NCBI GenBank assembly: GCA_903831045.1
Contig: CAIKWG010000030.1
Span: forward strand, 1-52,765
DNA length: 52,765 bases
Direction of reading: 5' to 3'
Source of the DNA: an uncultured archaeon
Lineage (GTDB): Archaea; Nanobdellota; Nanobdellia; Pacearchaeales; GW2011-AR1
Position numbers and translations under genes: made by a program
In this document: one piece after another, positions 43,836 to 51,128 of the stretch
Layout of the letters: every line of letters begins with the position of its first letter
How positions within the stretch are numbered: the stretch's first letter is position 1
The notes under the pieces: model-generated
What the model was told of the DNA's origin: nothing
Seen by the model: the letters and a program-made list of their open reading frames with translations, nothing else
The model's database searches: none

Positions 43836-44416
43836 AGCAAATGGGAGAACCAGAATATGTTCAATTGGTAAAACAAACTGAACTTTTTAAAAATTGCACT
43901 AATATTGTTATTGGAAAAGGAAATTCTTCTGCAAGAATTCTATTTGTTGGAGAAGCGCCTGGTAGAAACGAGGATCTGGAAGGATTGCCATTCGTTGGAA
44001 TGGCAGGTAAAAATTTGGATAAGCTATTGTCCAAGGTTGGTTTAACTCTTGGGGATATTTACATAGCAAATATTCTAAAATGTCGACCTCCGGAGAACCG
44101 AGATCCTCTTCCAGAAGAGATTCGAGCGCATACTCCTTGGTTAATTCATCAAATAAAGGAAATGAAACCTAGAGTAATCTGTTCCTTGGGAAATTATTCC
44201 ACGAAATTCTTTTTGGCTGGAGGAGATGTGGATAAAATGAAGGATCAGCCAGGTATAACTTCTATTCATGGTGTTGCTAAAGAAATTGATTTTTTTGAAA
44301 TGAAAATAAAGTTGATTCCACTTTTTCATCCTGCAGCTATAATCTATAATCGAGCGCTTGAGCCTTTGTGGGAGAAAGACATGGAAGTTGTTAAAAAAGA
44401 AACTAAAGAAATTTAA
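43814..44416 (+). CDS. udg: Uracil-DNA glycosylase, family 4 type
   Basis: Motif A GEAPGRNEDLEGLPFVGMAGKNL, KCRPPENRDP and motif B-like HPAAIIYN. 200 aa. Confidence 0.85.
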   Translation: MAEISEIKQMGEPEYVQLVKQTELFKNCTNIVIGKGNSSARILFVGEAPGRNEDLEGLPFVGMAGKNLDKLLSKVGLTLGDIYIANILKCRPPENRDPLPEEIRAHTPWLIHQIKEMKPRVICSLGNYSTKFFLAGGDVDKMKDQPGITSIHGVAKEIDFFEMKIKLIPLFHPAAIIYNRALEPLWEKDMEVVKKETKEI

Positions 44417-44418
44417 TT

Positions 44419-44565
44419 TTATCTTTGGAAATGTTCGGGGTCAGATTTTGGAGCATCTCTAAGTTTTAAAAATTTATAGTGAGCATCTTTTGCTTTAGTT
44501 TTACACTTTTTGCAGAATTCTTCTAGAGTATAACTCTTGCATTCTGGACATTTTTTTAATAACAT
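44419..44565 (-). CDS. nop10: H/ACA RNP protein Nop10 (48 aa, below ORF-track cutoff)
   Basis: My translation is MLLKKCPECKSYTLEEFCKKCKTKAKDAHYKFLKLRDAPKSDPEHFQR. It has the Nop10 zinc ribbon C-x2-C..YTL..C-x2-C and an AH-x-KF tail. It lies next to aIF2-alpha, as is common in archaea. Confidence 0.8.
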   Translation of the reverse strand: MLLKKCPECKSYTLEEFCKKCKTKAKDAHYKFLKLRDAPKSDPEHFQR

Positions 44566-44572
44566 TTTAGAA

Positions 44573-44965
44573 TTAAGCTAAATTAGTTAGATATTCATGA
44601 AGTCTTGAAGGTAAATTTACTCCAAGATATTTTTCTACTTCTTGGGGTTTAACCCATTTCAAATCGGTAACATTTTTGCCTGGCTTTTCTTTTCCACTTT
44701 TAATTTCACAAAGGAAATGTATCTTAACTTTATCCTTGTCTTTTAATCTATTCTCAGCATAAATTGCTCCTAAATTATGAACCATATATCCAGTTTTCTC
44801 GGTTACTGTTCTTTTCAGGCATTTATCTAGCTCTTCATCATGATTTAAATCTCCTTCTAAGAAAGAATAGGTTTCATCTCCAGGATTTTTTCCAATTAGA
44901 ACTTTTCTTTTTTCTGTGTCGAAAATTATACCTACAATTTTGATGTAAAATCTCTCGTTTTCCAT
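44573..44965 (-). CDS. Nudix-fold protein with degenerate Nudix box
   Basis: G-x5-E-x7-R spacing is present (GDLNHDEELDKCLKRTVTEKTGY), but RE-x2-EE reads RT-x2-EK. Confidence 0.6.
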   Translation of the reverse strand: MENERFYIKIVGIIFDTEKRKVLIGKNPGDETYSFLEGDLNHDEELDKCLKRTVTEKTGYMVHNLGAIYAENRLKDKDKVKIHFLCEIKSGKEKPGKNVTDLKWVKPQEVEKYLGVNLPSRLHEYLTNLA

Positions 44966-45022
44966 AGGTCTTTATATTTTTTTTAGTTTTTAAGCATTTA
45001 GGTCCTCTCTATAATGAGAAGA

Positions 45023-45721
45023 TTAATTGGATCTAATTTCAATTCCCAGAGCCTTTGCTTCTCTTTCAATTTCAGAGATTGTTTCTCTAATTTTGTTATC
45101 CGCCTTCTTTAAATCGCTAGCTTCTGCCCGTATTGAGTAGTTTCCTGCAGCAATATATTTTATTTCAACGGATTTTTTATTGGATAGCAGCTTTTTTATC
45201 AGTTCTAATCCATCTGGCTTAGTTGTGTTAAATTTAATTTCTTTTTTTAGACTAACTTTTTTGACTTTTTGACAACTCAGAATTTCTAGAATCTTTTCTG
45301 CTTCTTTTTTATCTACGAATCTTTCTAATTCTTTTGGATTTTTTTTAACTTTTTCTAAAAATTCATCAATTCTACATTCTCCGCATATTTTTTTAGTAAT
45401 TTCTTCTGTTTTTTCTCCTAGAACTGATTTTAGGATGCTTTTACAGCTTCTTTCTAGTTTGTATTGTTCTAGAACTTCTTTTTTTTCTTTTGGAGTAACT
45501 CTTCTTAAAGAAAGATCAACATCATTTCCTGAAATTCTCAAAACCTTACACACAATTGATTTTTTTGGAACTACGTAATCTCTTAGATTTCTTATTCTTC
45601 CTGGTGCAATCTCACTTAGGATTATTTTTCCTTCACCATGGCCTTCTATATTAACGAATACTGTTGTTCCTACAATTCTATCTACTGTACAAAGTACCGA
45701 GTCTCCCTGTTCTAATACCAT
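45023..45721 (-). CDS. Translation initiation factor aIF2 alpha subunit
   Basis: It has an N-terminal S1 domain (GDSVLCTVDRIVGTTVFVNIEG...GKIILSEIA), a helical middle and an alpha-beta C-domain (VEIKYIAAGNYSIRAEA). Confidence 0.75.
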   Translation of the reverse strand: MVLEQGDSVLCTVDRIVGTTVFVNIEGHGEGKIILSEIAPGRIRNLRDYVVPKKSIVCKVLRISGNDVDLSLRRVTPKEKKEVLEQYKLERSCKSILKSVLGEKTEEITKKICGECRIDEFLEKVKKNPKELERFVDKKEAEKILEILSCQKVKKVSLKKEIKFNTTKPDGLELIKKLLSNKKSVEIKYIAAGNYSIRAEASDLKKADNKIRETISEIEREAKALGIEIRSN

Positions 45722-45760
45722 AAATTATCAAGAAAGAATGGAGTTTTAAAGGTTGTGGAA

Positions 45761-47101
45761 TTAAATTTTTATAACTTCTAGGTCTAAATCTCTCTTAAGA
45801 TTTTTAAGGAATTCTTGTTCATGTTCTTTGTTTATCGTGCAACCCGCTGCAAATTCATGACCTCCAACTTCTCCATTAAGGTTTATTGCAATATTACTCA
45901 GTATTTCTCTAATATTTCTTCCTTTTCTTCCAACACTTCTTGCTGAAATTTTTATATTCTCTTTATCATAGGCCATTCCAATTAGAATTGTTTCTTGGTC
46001 ATAGACTGCAGAATGCGAGAGGATACTTGTTATTGTTCCAATAATGGTGTCTTTTACTTTATCTTTTGCATTTAGAATTACATAACCTCTACCCTGAAAT
46101 TTCTCTGCTTCTTCTTGAACATATTTTATTCCGGTTAGTAATTGTTGTCTATATTTTACATGAATTGCTTCAGCTTTCTTTTTTGCTTCGTTATCTTCCA
46201 TGCAAAATCTTAGGGCTATATCTGTGTCTCCATTTCTAGAGCAAGCATTTATCTTTGCACTCATCTCTCGAGCATCTTCTAATTTTCCAAACATTTTTAC
46301 TAAAAATAATTCTCCTATAATTTCTTTATTTTTTATTTGGGGATTTCTCAGCATAATTGCGGTTACTACTCTTTCTGTTTCAGCTTCATCTAGCTCCATA
46401 AAACTTTTGCATTTTCCTCCATTTGAGGTTAGATTTATTTCTCTCATTAGTTCAAGCACTCCTTCTGGATTTCCAGTTACTCCAGGGATTAATGGGTCCG
46501 AGCAATATTCTAATACTCTATTTATTGGTCTTGTGGAAGGATAGATTAAAATTCCTTTTTTTCTTTGGACTTCGCTGTCTTCTAGAATTCCGTGATTAAC
46601 ACCGTCCAAATCTTTTTCTAGAGAATCTCCAATTGTTCCTAGTACTGCAAATTTTGCAAATTCTTTATTCTTTGCATCTATTTCTTTACAAAATAAATAG
46701 GTCATACCTGCACCACTTATTTTTTGTTTCTCGCATAATTCTGGATTAATGATTCTTACGTTCGGAGGGATGTCTCCTTGTACTTCATGATGATCTACAA
46801 TAAACACTTCTCTTAGCTGAGATTCTCCAATTTCTTTCAAACTTCCAGATGCTAAATCTAGAAAGAGAGTAACTTTAGTTGCAGATAGTGAGGAAATAAA
46901 TTCTCGTGTTAAATTTTTTACAATTTTTAAATCAAAGGACTGGTCTAATCTTTTTAGTGCACCAATCATTATTCTTGCAGAAGTAATTCCGTCTGTATCA
47001 AAATGGCTTACAATTTGTAATCTTCTTCCTTTAGTCTTTTCTAGAAAGTCTTGAGAAAAATTCTTTAATTCTATTTCTAAATTTCTTACCTCTTTTTCCA
47101 T
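45761..47101 (-). CDS. DHH-family phosphoesterase (archaeal RecJ/Cdc45-like)
   Basis: It has DHH motifs HFDTDGITS, FIVDHH and GDS, plus DHHA1 GGHEFAAG. 446 aa. Confidence 0.8.
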   Translation of the reverse strand: MEKEVRNLEIELKNFSQDFLEKTKGRRLQIVSHFDTDGITSARIMIGALKRLDQSFDLKIVKNLTREFISSLSATKVTLFLDLASGSLKEIGESQLREVFIVDHHEVQGDIPPNVRIINPELCEKQKISGAGMTYLFCKEIDAKNKEFAKFAVLGTIGDSLEKDLDGVNHGILEDSEVQRKKGILIYPSTRPINRVLEYCSDPLIPGVTGNPEGVLELMREINLTSNGGKCKSFMELDEAETERVVTAIMLRNPQIKNKEIIGELFLVKMFGKLEDAREMSAKINACSRNGDTDIALRFCMEDNEAKKKAEAIHVKYRQQLLTGIKYVQEEAEKFQGRGYVILNAKDKVKDTIIGTITSILSHSAVYDQETILIGMAYDKENIKISARSVGRKGRNIREILSNIAINLNGEVGGHEFAAGCTINKEHEQEFLKNLKRDLDLEVIKI

Positions 47102-47135
47102 ATGAATACCTCAAAAAACAAAGGACTTGATAAGC

Positions 47136-47498
47136 TTATTTAGTTTTATTACCTAAATATATATTGACTCTTTTTAGTTGTGAGAATACTCTATCTTTCT
47201 CTCTTTTTGCCTTCTTATCCTGGGGGTTGTTTTCAGCATGAACTTTTATTTTTTCAAGTTTTCTTTCAACATTTTTTAAATCTGGACTAACATATTTATT
47301 ACCTAGAATTTGAGATATCTTTTTGTTATATTCTTTTGGATGAATTCCTTTTCCTCTTAGAGTTTCTCCTATCTTTTCAGAAGTTAGACCAGAATCTGCT
47401 AATTTGATTACTTCTTTTTCATATTCTGCTTGAGAAAGCTTCTTTTTAGTTTCAACTGCTTCTTCTTGGGTGTTTTCTTCTAATTTTTTCTTAACCAT
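47136..47498 (-). CDS. rps15: Ribosomal protein uS15 (S15P/S13e)
   Basis: 120 aa. The C-terminal pattern HAENNPQDKKAKREKDRVFSQLKRVNIYL is typical of S15. Confidence 0.8.
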   Translation of the reverse strand: MVKKKLEENTQEEAVETKKKLSQAEYEKEVIKLADSGLTSEKIGETLRGKGIHPKEYNKKISQILGNKYVSPDLKNVERKLEKIKVHAENNPQDKKAKREKDRVFSQLKRVNIYLGNKTK

Positions 47499-47610
47499 TC
47501 TAATACTTTGTAATGTGCTTTTTTAAAGCTTGTGTTGCTGATATTTTGGCTATTTAATTAACAAATAATTGCAAAAATTGGTTCTTTTTATGTTTTTTAT
47601 TTGAACTTTT

Positions 47611-49158
47611 TTAGATTAATTCGTTTAAAATCTTATTATCTACAACTATTGTTTCGTTAATCTTTTTTATATTCGAATACTTAATTGTTAAACTGTTTGT
47701 AGCTGAAGGATTTTCTTTATCTACATCTACTTTTAATTCTTCTATTTTGTGTGAGCCGAGTATCACTTCATTTACTTTTCCAATGTAATGGCCATTTTGG
47801 GCATAAACTTTCTTGTCCATTAGTGATTTAATTGTATCTCCTGCATTTTGTAATGAAGCAGTTTGTTTTTTAGCGGGTTGTCTAATTTCTTGTTTGGATT
47901 TTGGTCTAATATGCATGTATCTTCTGACTGGTTGTCTAATTTCTTGTTTTGGTCTAATACGCATATATCTTCTTCCTTGTTTTTTCTTAGTTGATGTAAA
48001 CAATTTTTTAATCTTATTTCTTAGTAGGAAGATCATTACTAAAAGAAGTATTATCAAAATTAATAGAAGATTATCTTTTAATTTCTGAAGAGCATTGTTT
48101 ATATTAAAAACAATTTTTAGAGAAGGTTTGCCTTCTTTGGTTTCTATTTTAAAACTTTGTTCGGCAAAAGCTTTTTGTTGATTTCCATAGACAATATCTA
48201 TCCTTAAAATATACTTTCCTTCTTTTAACCTTGTTTCATTTATCTCTTTTTCAAAAGTTAAATTTTTTTGTATTGCTCGCGTTTCTATTTGGCTAAAAAT
48301 TTCAGTATTATTATCATCAATAATAGAATATTTGATTTGAACATCTATTTTTTCAATGCCTTTTATTTCCGTTAGTTCAACTCCAAATTTTAAGGTCTCA
48401 TTTTTTGTAAATTCTATTGATTTAAATTTCATAGTAACATCAAATAATGCTTCTGAGCAGTGCATTTCTTCAATTGGTTTGCTATCTGTTCCGTTGCAAG
48501 TTCCAATATTTCTACATTGTCTTATCTGTTTCCCTTCAGAACAAACATTCCAAGAAGTGCAATCCCAATCATAGGAGCATGTTTCTATTATTGTTTTGGT
48601 TCCTCCTCCCCCTCCTTCTCCAGTAGTTGTAGTGGTTGCTGCTTGGGCTGTTAAATCAAAATAATCTATAACACTTGTAATCGCTCCGGTCGAGCTATTA
48701 GCATAAAAGGTTACTCTATATTTTCCAACAATGGACGGGCTCGGAAGATAATTTACTGTTTGATTATTAATGAGATTTATAATTTGTTCTTGATTATTTG
48801 GTGACGTTATTTTTGCCCAAACATTCTTAAAATTTGATGCTGCAATATATAATCCTACTGTTGATCCCACAACAGTTGAACTTGGGGAGATAGAATAGGA
48901 AGTAATATTAACAGTTTGTTTGTATGGATTTTCAAAAAATCCCACGTTGATTGTATAATTCTCACTTTGAGCATTATTTGTTCCTGGTACTTCTAAGAAA
49001 ATAGATTTTCCTGTAAAATTAACTGATTCTATACTTGAAGTTTGTATTCCTTCTCCAAATCTGCTCACGGAATAATTATCTGATTCTGCTGTTAATGCTA
49101 AAACTGTTGGAAAAATGATCAGTATAAATAAAATTAAAAAGGTTATTCTTTTTTTCAT
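47611..49158 (-). CDS. Single-pass surface protein: signal peptide, Ig-like and Cys-knot ectodomain, TM, basic tandem repeat, cytoplasmic PRC barrel
   Basis: Signal MKKRITFLILFILIIFPTVLA, a T/G linker, and CSYDWDCTSWNVCSEGKQIRQCRNIGTC. TM helix LLLILIILLLVMIFLL, then RRYMRIRPKQEIRQP repeated twice. The C-terminus is PRC-like (KKVYAQNGHYIGKVNEVILG...VVDNKI). Confidence 0.7.
   Translation of the reverse strand: MKKRITFLILFILIIFPTVLALTAESDNYSVSRFGEGIQTSSIESVNFTGKSIFLEVPGTNNAQSENYTINVGFFENPYKQTVNITSYSISPSSTVVGSTVGLYIAASNFKNVWAKITSPNNQEQIINLINNQTVNYLPSPSIVGKYRVTFYANSSTGAITSVIDYFDLTAQAATTTTTGEGGGGGTKTIIETCSYDWDCTSWNVCSEGKQIRQCRNIGTCNGTDSKPIEEMHCSEALFDVTMKFKSIEFTKNETLKFGVELTEIKGIEKIDVQIKYSIIDDNNTEIFSQIETRAIQKNLTFEKEINETRLKEGKYILRIDIVYGNQQKAFAEQSFKIETKEGKPSLKIVFNINNALQKLKDNLLLILIILLLVMIFLLRNKIKKLFTSTKKKQGRRYMRIRPKQEIRQPVRRYMHIRPKSKQEIRQPAKKQTASLQNAGDTIKSLMDKKVYAQNGHYIGKVNEVILGSHKIEELKVDVDKENPSATNSLTIKYSNIKKINETIVVDNKILNELI
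47876..47974. repeat. Tandem ~54/48-nt coding repeat (RRYM[RH]IRPK..QEIRQP x2)
   Basis: GGTTGTCTAATTTCTTGTTT...GGTCTAATA[TC]GCAT[GA]TATCTTCT occurs at 47876 and again at 47930. Confidence 0.8.
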
Positions 49159-49225
49159 TTTTAATACTTAGTGCAGTAAAACTTTAATTGTTTTAATCTT
49201 TCTATAAGAGAAATATCTTTTAAAA

Positions 49226-51127
49226 TTAATTTAGAGTTGTCCATAAGCAATTAGTTCCTATTGTGATATTAGCCCAAGTAGCAGTAACTTCTGGTTTATA
49301 TTTAAAAAATAATTGATAACTTACTGTACTATAGGTATTTCCCCATAATCTTGCAGTATAGTTTGTATTGGCTGCTACAACTGCTGATGAAACAATACTA
49401 TCTTTCAAGGCAGTTCCATCTCCACCAAAACTTTCACCTGCCCCATCAGTAGCAAAAGGTATATCTGCCCTATAGGAAAACATTGTTGGAGTAACATTTC
49501 CATCCATTGTAAGATTTAATCCTGTACCTATCGCATTTGTATTAAATCCAATGATGCAATCAAATCTATAATAATGGTTAGCTGCTAAGGTTACATTTAA
49601 TTCAGGTATGTAAGTATTTCCTGTAACTGTATTATTTTTATATTCAATTGTAGTATAATTAACCCACTGAGTTACTCCTGCACTTGATACATCTGCAGTA
49701 CAAGTTACAGCCCCCGTTAAGTTATTAATTGCACTAATTTTATCGGTTCCAGAACAAGTTGTTGTTGTAACATTTGGAACTTGAACAGTTGTAGGTTCAT
49801 ACAAGGTATCAGCATAGGTTTTATTGAAAGTTGCAAATGTAGAATTCCAATATGAAAAGTTATTGTTCAATGGATAGAAATTATTGAATGTTGTATTCAC
49901 TGCATACAAGGTATCAGCATAGGTTTTATTGAAAGTTGCAAAAGTACTATTCCAGAATCCTAAACCATTTGATGTAGTTAGATATAATGTGTCTGCATAG
50001 GTTTTATTGAAAGTTGCAAATGTTGAATTCCAGAATCCTAAACCATTTGATGTAGTTAGATATAATGTGTCTGCATATGTTTTATTGAATAATGCGAATG
50101 TTTCATTCCATGTAGTTATTCCTCCTGCTTTATACAATCCATTTGCAGAAGCTGTTGTTGAATAGCTTGATTTATCCAATGTCCAATTTCCAACTAAACT
50201 TACTACATTTGCTGCTCCAACATATAATGTATCAGCATAGGTTTTGTTAAATCCATTTGCAGTTGAATTATAAGTTTCAATTCCTCCTGCTTTATACAAT
50301 CCATTTGCAGAAGCTGTTGTTGAATAGCTTGATTTATCAGCACTCCAGTTTCCTAATCCTGAAGTTGAATTATAATATCCATAACTGTTTCCTATTCCAT
50401 AGTACAAAGTATCAGCATAGGTTTTATTGAAAGTTGCAAATGTTGAATTCCAATATGAAAAGTTATTGTTCAATGGATAGAAATTATTGAATGTTGTATT
50501 CACTGCATATAAAGTATCAGCATAGGTTTTGTTAAATCCATTTGCAGTTGAATTATAGGTTTCAATTCCTGCTGCTTTATACAATCCATTTGCGGAAGCT
50601 GTTGTTGAATAGCTTGATTTATCAGCACTCCAGTTTCCTAGTCCCGAAGTTGAATTATAATATCCATAACTATTTCCGATTCCATAGTACAAGGTATCAG
50701 CATAGGTTTTATTGAAAGTTGCAAATGTTGAATTCCAGAATCCTAAACCATTTGATGTTGTTAAATACAATGTATCTGCATAGGTTTTATTCCAATTGAA
50801 TAAACTCAAATATGTAGAATAATTCCCTGTCCACATAGGATCTTTTTCGATAAATGTCCAATCTTTAATCAATCCAGTTGCATTCCAGTCTTTAATTAAT
50901 CCAGTTGTGTTATAGGATGCATAGGTGGAATTGTATGTTGAAATATTTGTTAATTGTGCACCATTGCCAAATAGATATGCCCCTGTAAGATTTCCGATTA
51001 TATTTAAATTTCCGGAATCATCCAGTCTCATAGTGTCAATACCTCCATGTTTCCAGGTAATTGCTGATACATTCGCTAAGCTAATTAATAGCATAACAAA
51101 AATTAAAAATAGTATCCTCTTTTTCAT
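49226..51127 (-). CDS. Secreted fibre-like repeat glycoprotein with C-terminal globular domain
   Basis: It has a Sec signal (LISLANVSA-IT). The motif NKTYADTLY recurs about 11 times at 26- to 50-aa spacing. One 76-aa repeat holds six N-x-S/T sequons. The last ~170 aa are non-repetitive. Confidence 0.75.
   Translation of the reverse strand: MKKRILFLIFVMLLISLANVSAITWKHGGIDTMRLDDSGNLNIIGNLTGAYLFGNGAQLTNISTYNSTYASYNTTGLIKDWNATGLIKDWTFIEKDPMWTGNYSTYLSLFNWNKTYADTLYLTTSNGLGFWNSTFATFNKTYADTLYYGIGNSYGYYNSTSGLGNWSADKSSYSTTASANGLYKAAGIETYNSTANGFNKTYADTLYAVNTTFNNFYPLNNNFSYWNSTFATFNKTYADTLYYGIGNSYGYYNSTSGLGNWSADKSSYSTTASANGLYKAGGIETYNSTANGFNKTYADTLYVGAANVVSLVGNWTLDKSSYSTTASANGLYKAGGITTWNETFALFNKTYADTLYLTTSNGLGFWNSTFATFNKTYADTLYLTTSNGLGFWNSTFATFNKTYADTLYAVNTTFNNFYPLNNNFSYWNSTFATFNKTYADTLYEPTTVQVPNVTTTTCSGTDKISAINNLTGAVTCTADVSSAGVTQWVNYTTIEYKNNTVTGNTYIPELNVTLAANHYYRFDCIIGFNTNAIGTGLNLTMDGNVTPTMFSYRADIPFATDGAGESFGGDGTALKDSIVSSAVVAANTNYTARLWGNTYSTVSYQLFFKYKPEVTATWANITIGTNCLWTTLN
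49806..49906. repeat. 101-nt dispersed direct repeat, copy 1 (copy 2 at 50409..50509)
   Basis: By-eye comparison shows one mismatch between the copies (GTAGAATT vs GTTGAATT). It encodes YAVNTTFNNFYPLNNNFSYWNSTFATFNKTYADTLY. Confidence 0.85.
49952..50107. repeat. Two tandem 78-nt units (26-aa LTTSNGLGFWNSTFATFNKTYADTLY)
   Basis: CCAGAATCCTAAACCATTTGATGTAGTTAGATATAATGTGTCTGCATA... occurs at 49952 and 50030. Confidence 0.85.
50229..50452. repeat. 224-nt direct repeat, copy 1 (copy 2 at 50514..50737, offset 285 nt)
   Basis: The copies align by eye with fewer than ten scattered mismatches. It encodes the 76-aa WNSTFATFNKTYADTLYYGIGNSYGYYNSTSGLGNWSADKSSYSTTASANGLYKA.GIETYNSTANGF unit. Confidence 0.85.
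50514..50737. repeat. 224-nt direct repeat, copy 2
   Basis: See 50229..50452. Confidence 0.85.
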
Positions 51128-51128
51128 T

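Noticed and set aside
49806-50737. Possible CRISPR array, because of regularly recurring near-identical segments
   Set aside because: The repeats are 78-224 nt, lie in frame inside a long ORF and encode a repeated protein motif. There is no short repeat / unique spacer organisation, and there are no cas genes in the window.
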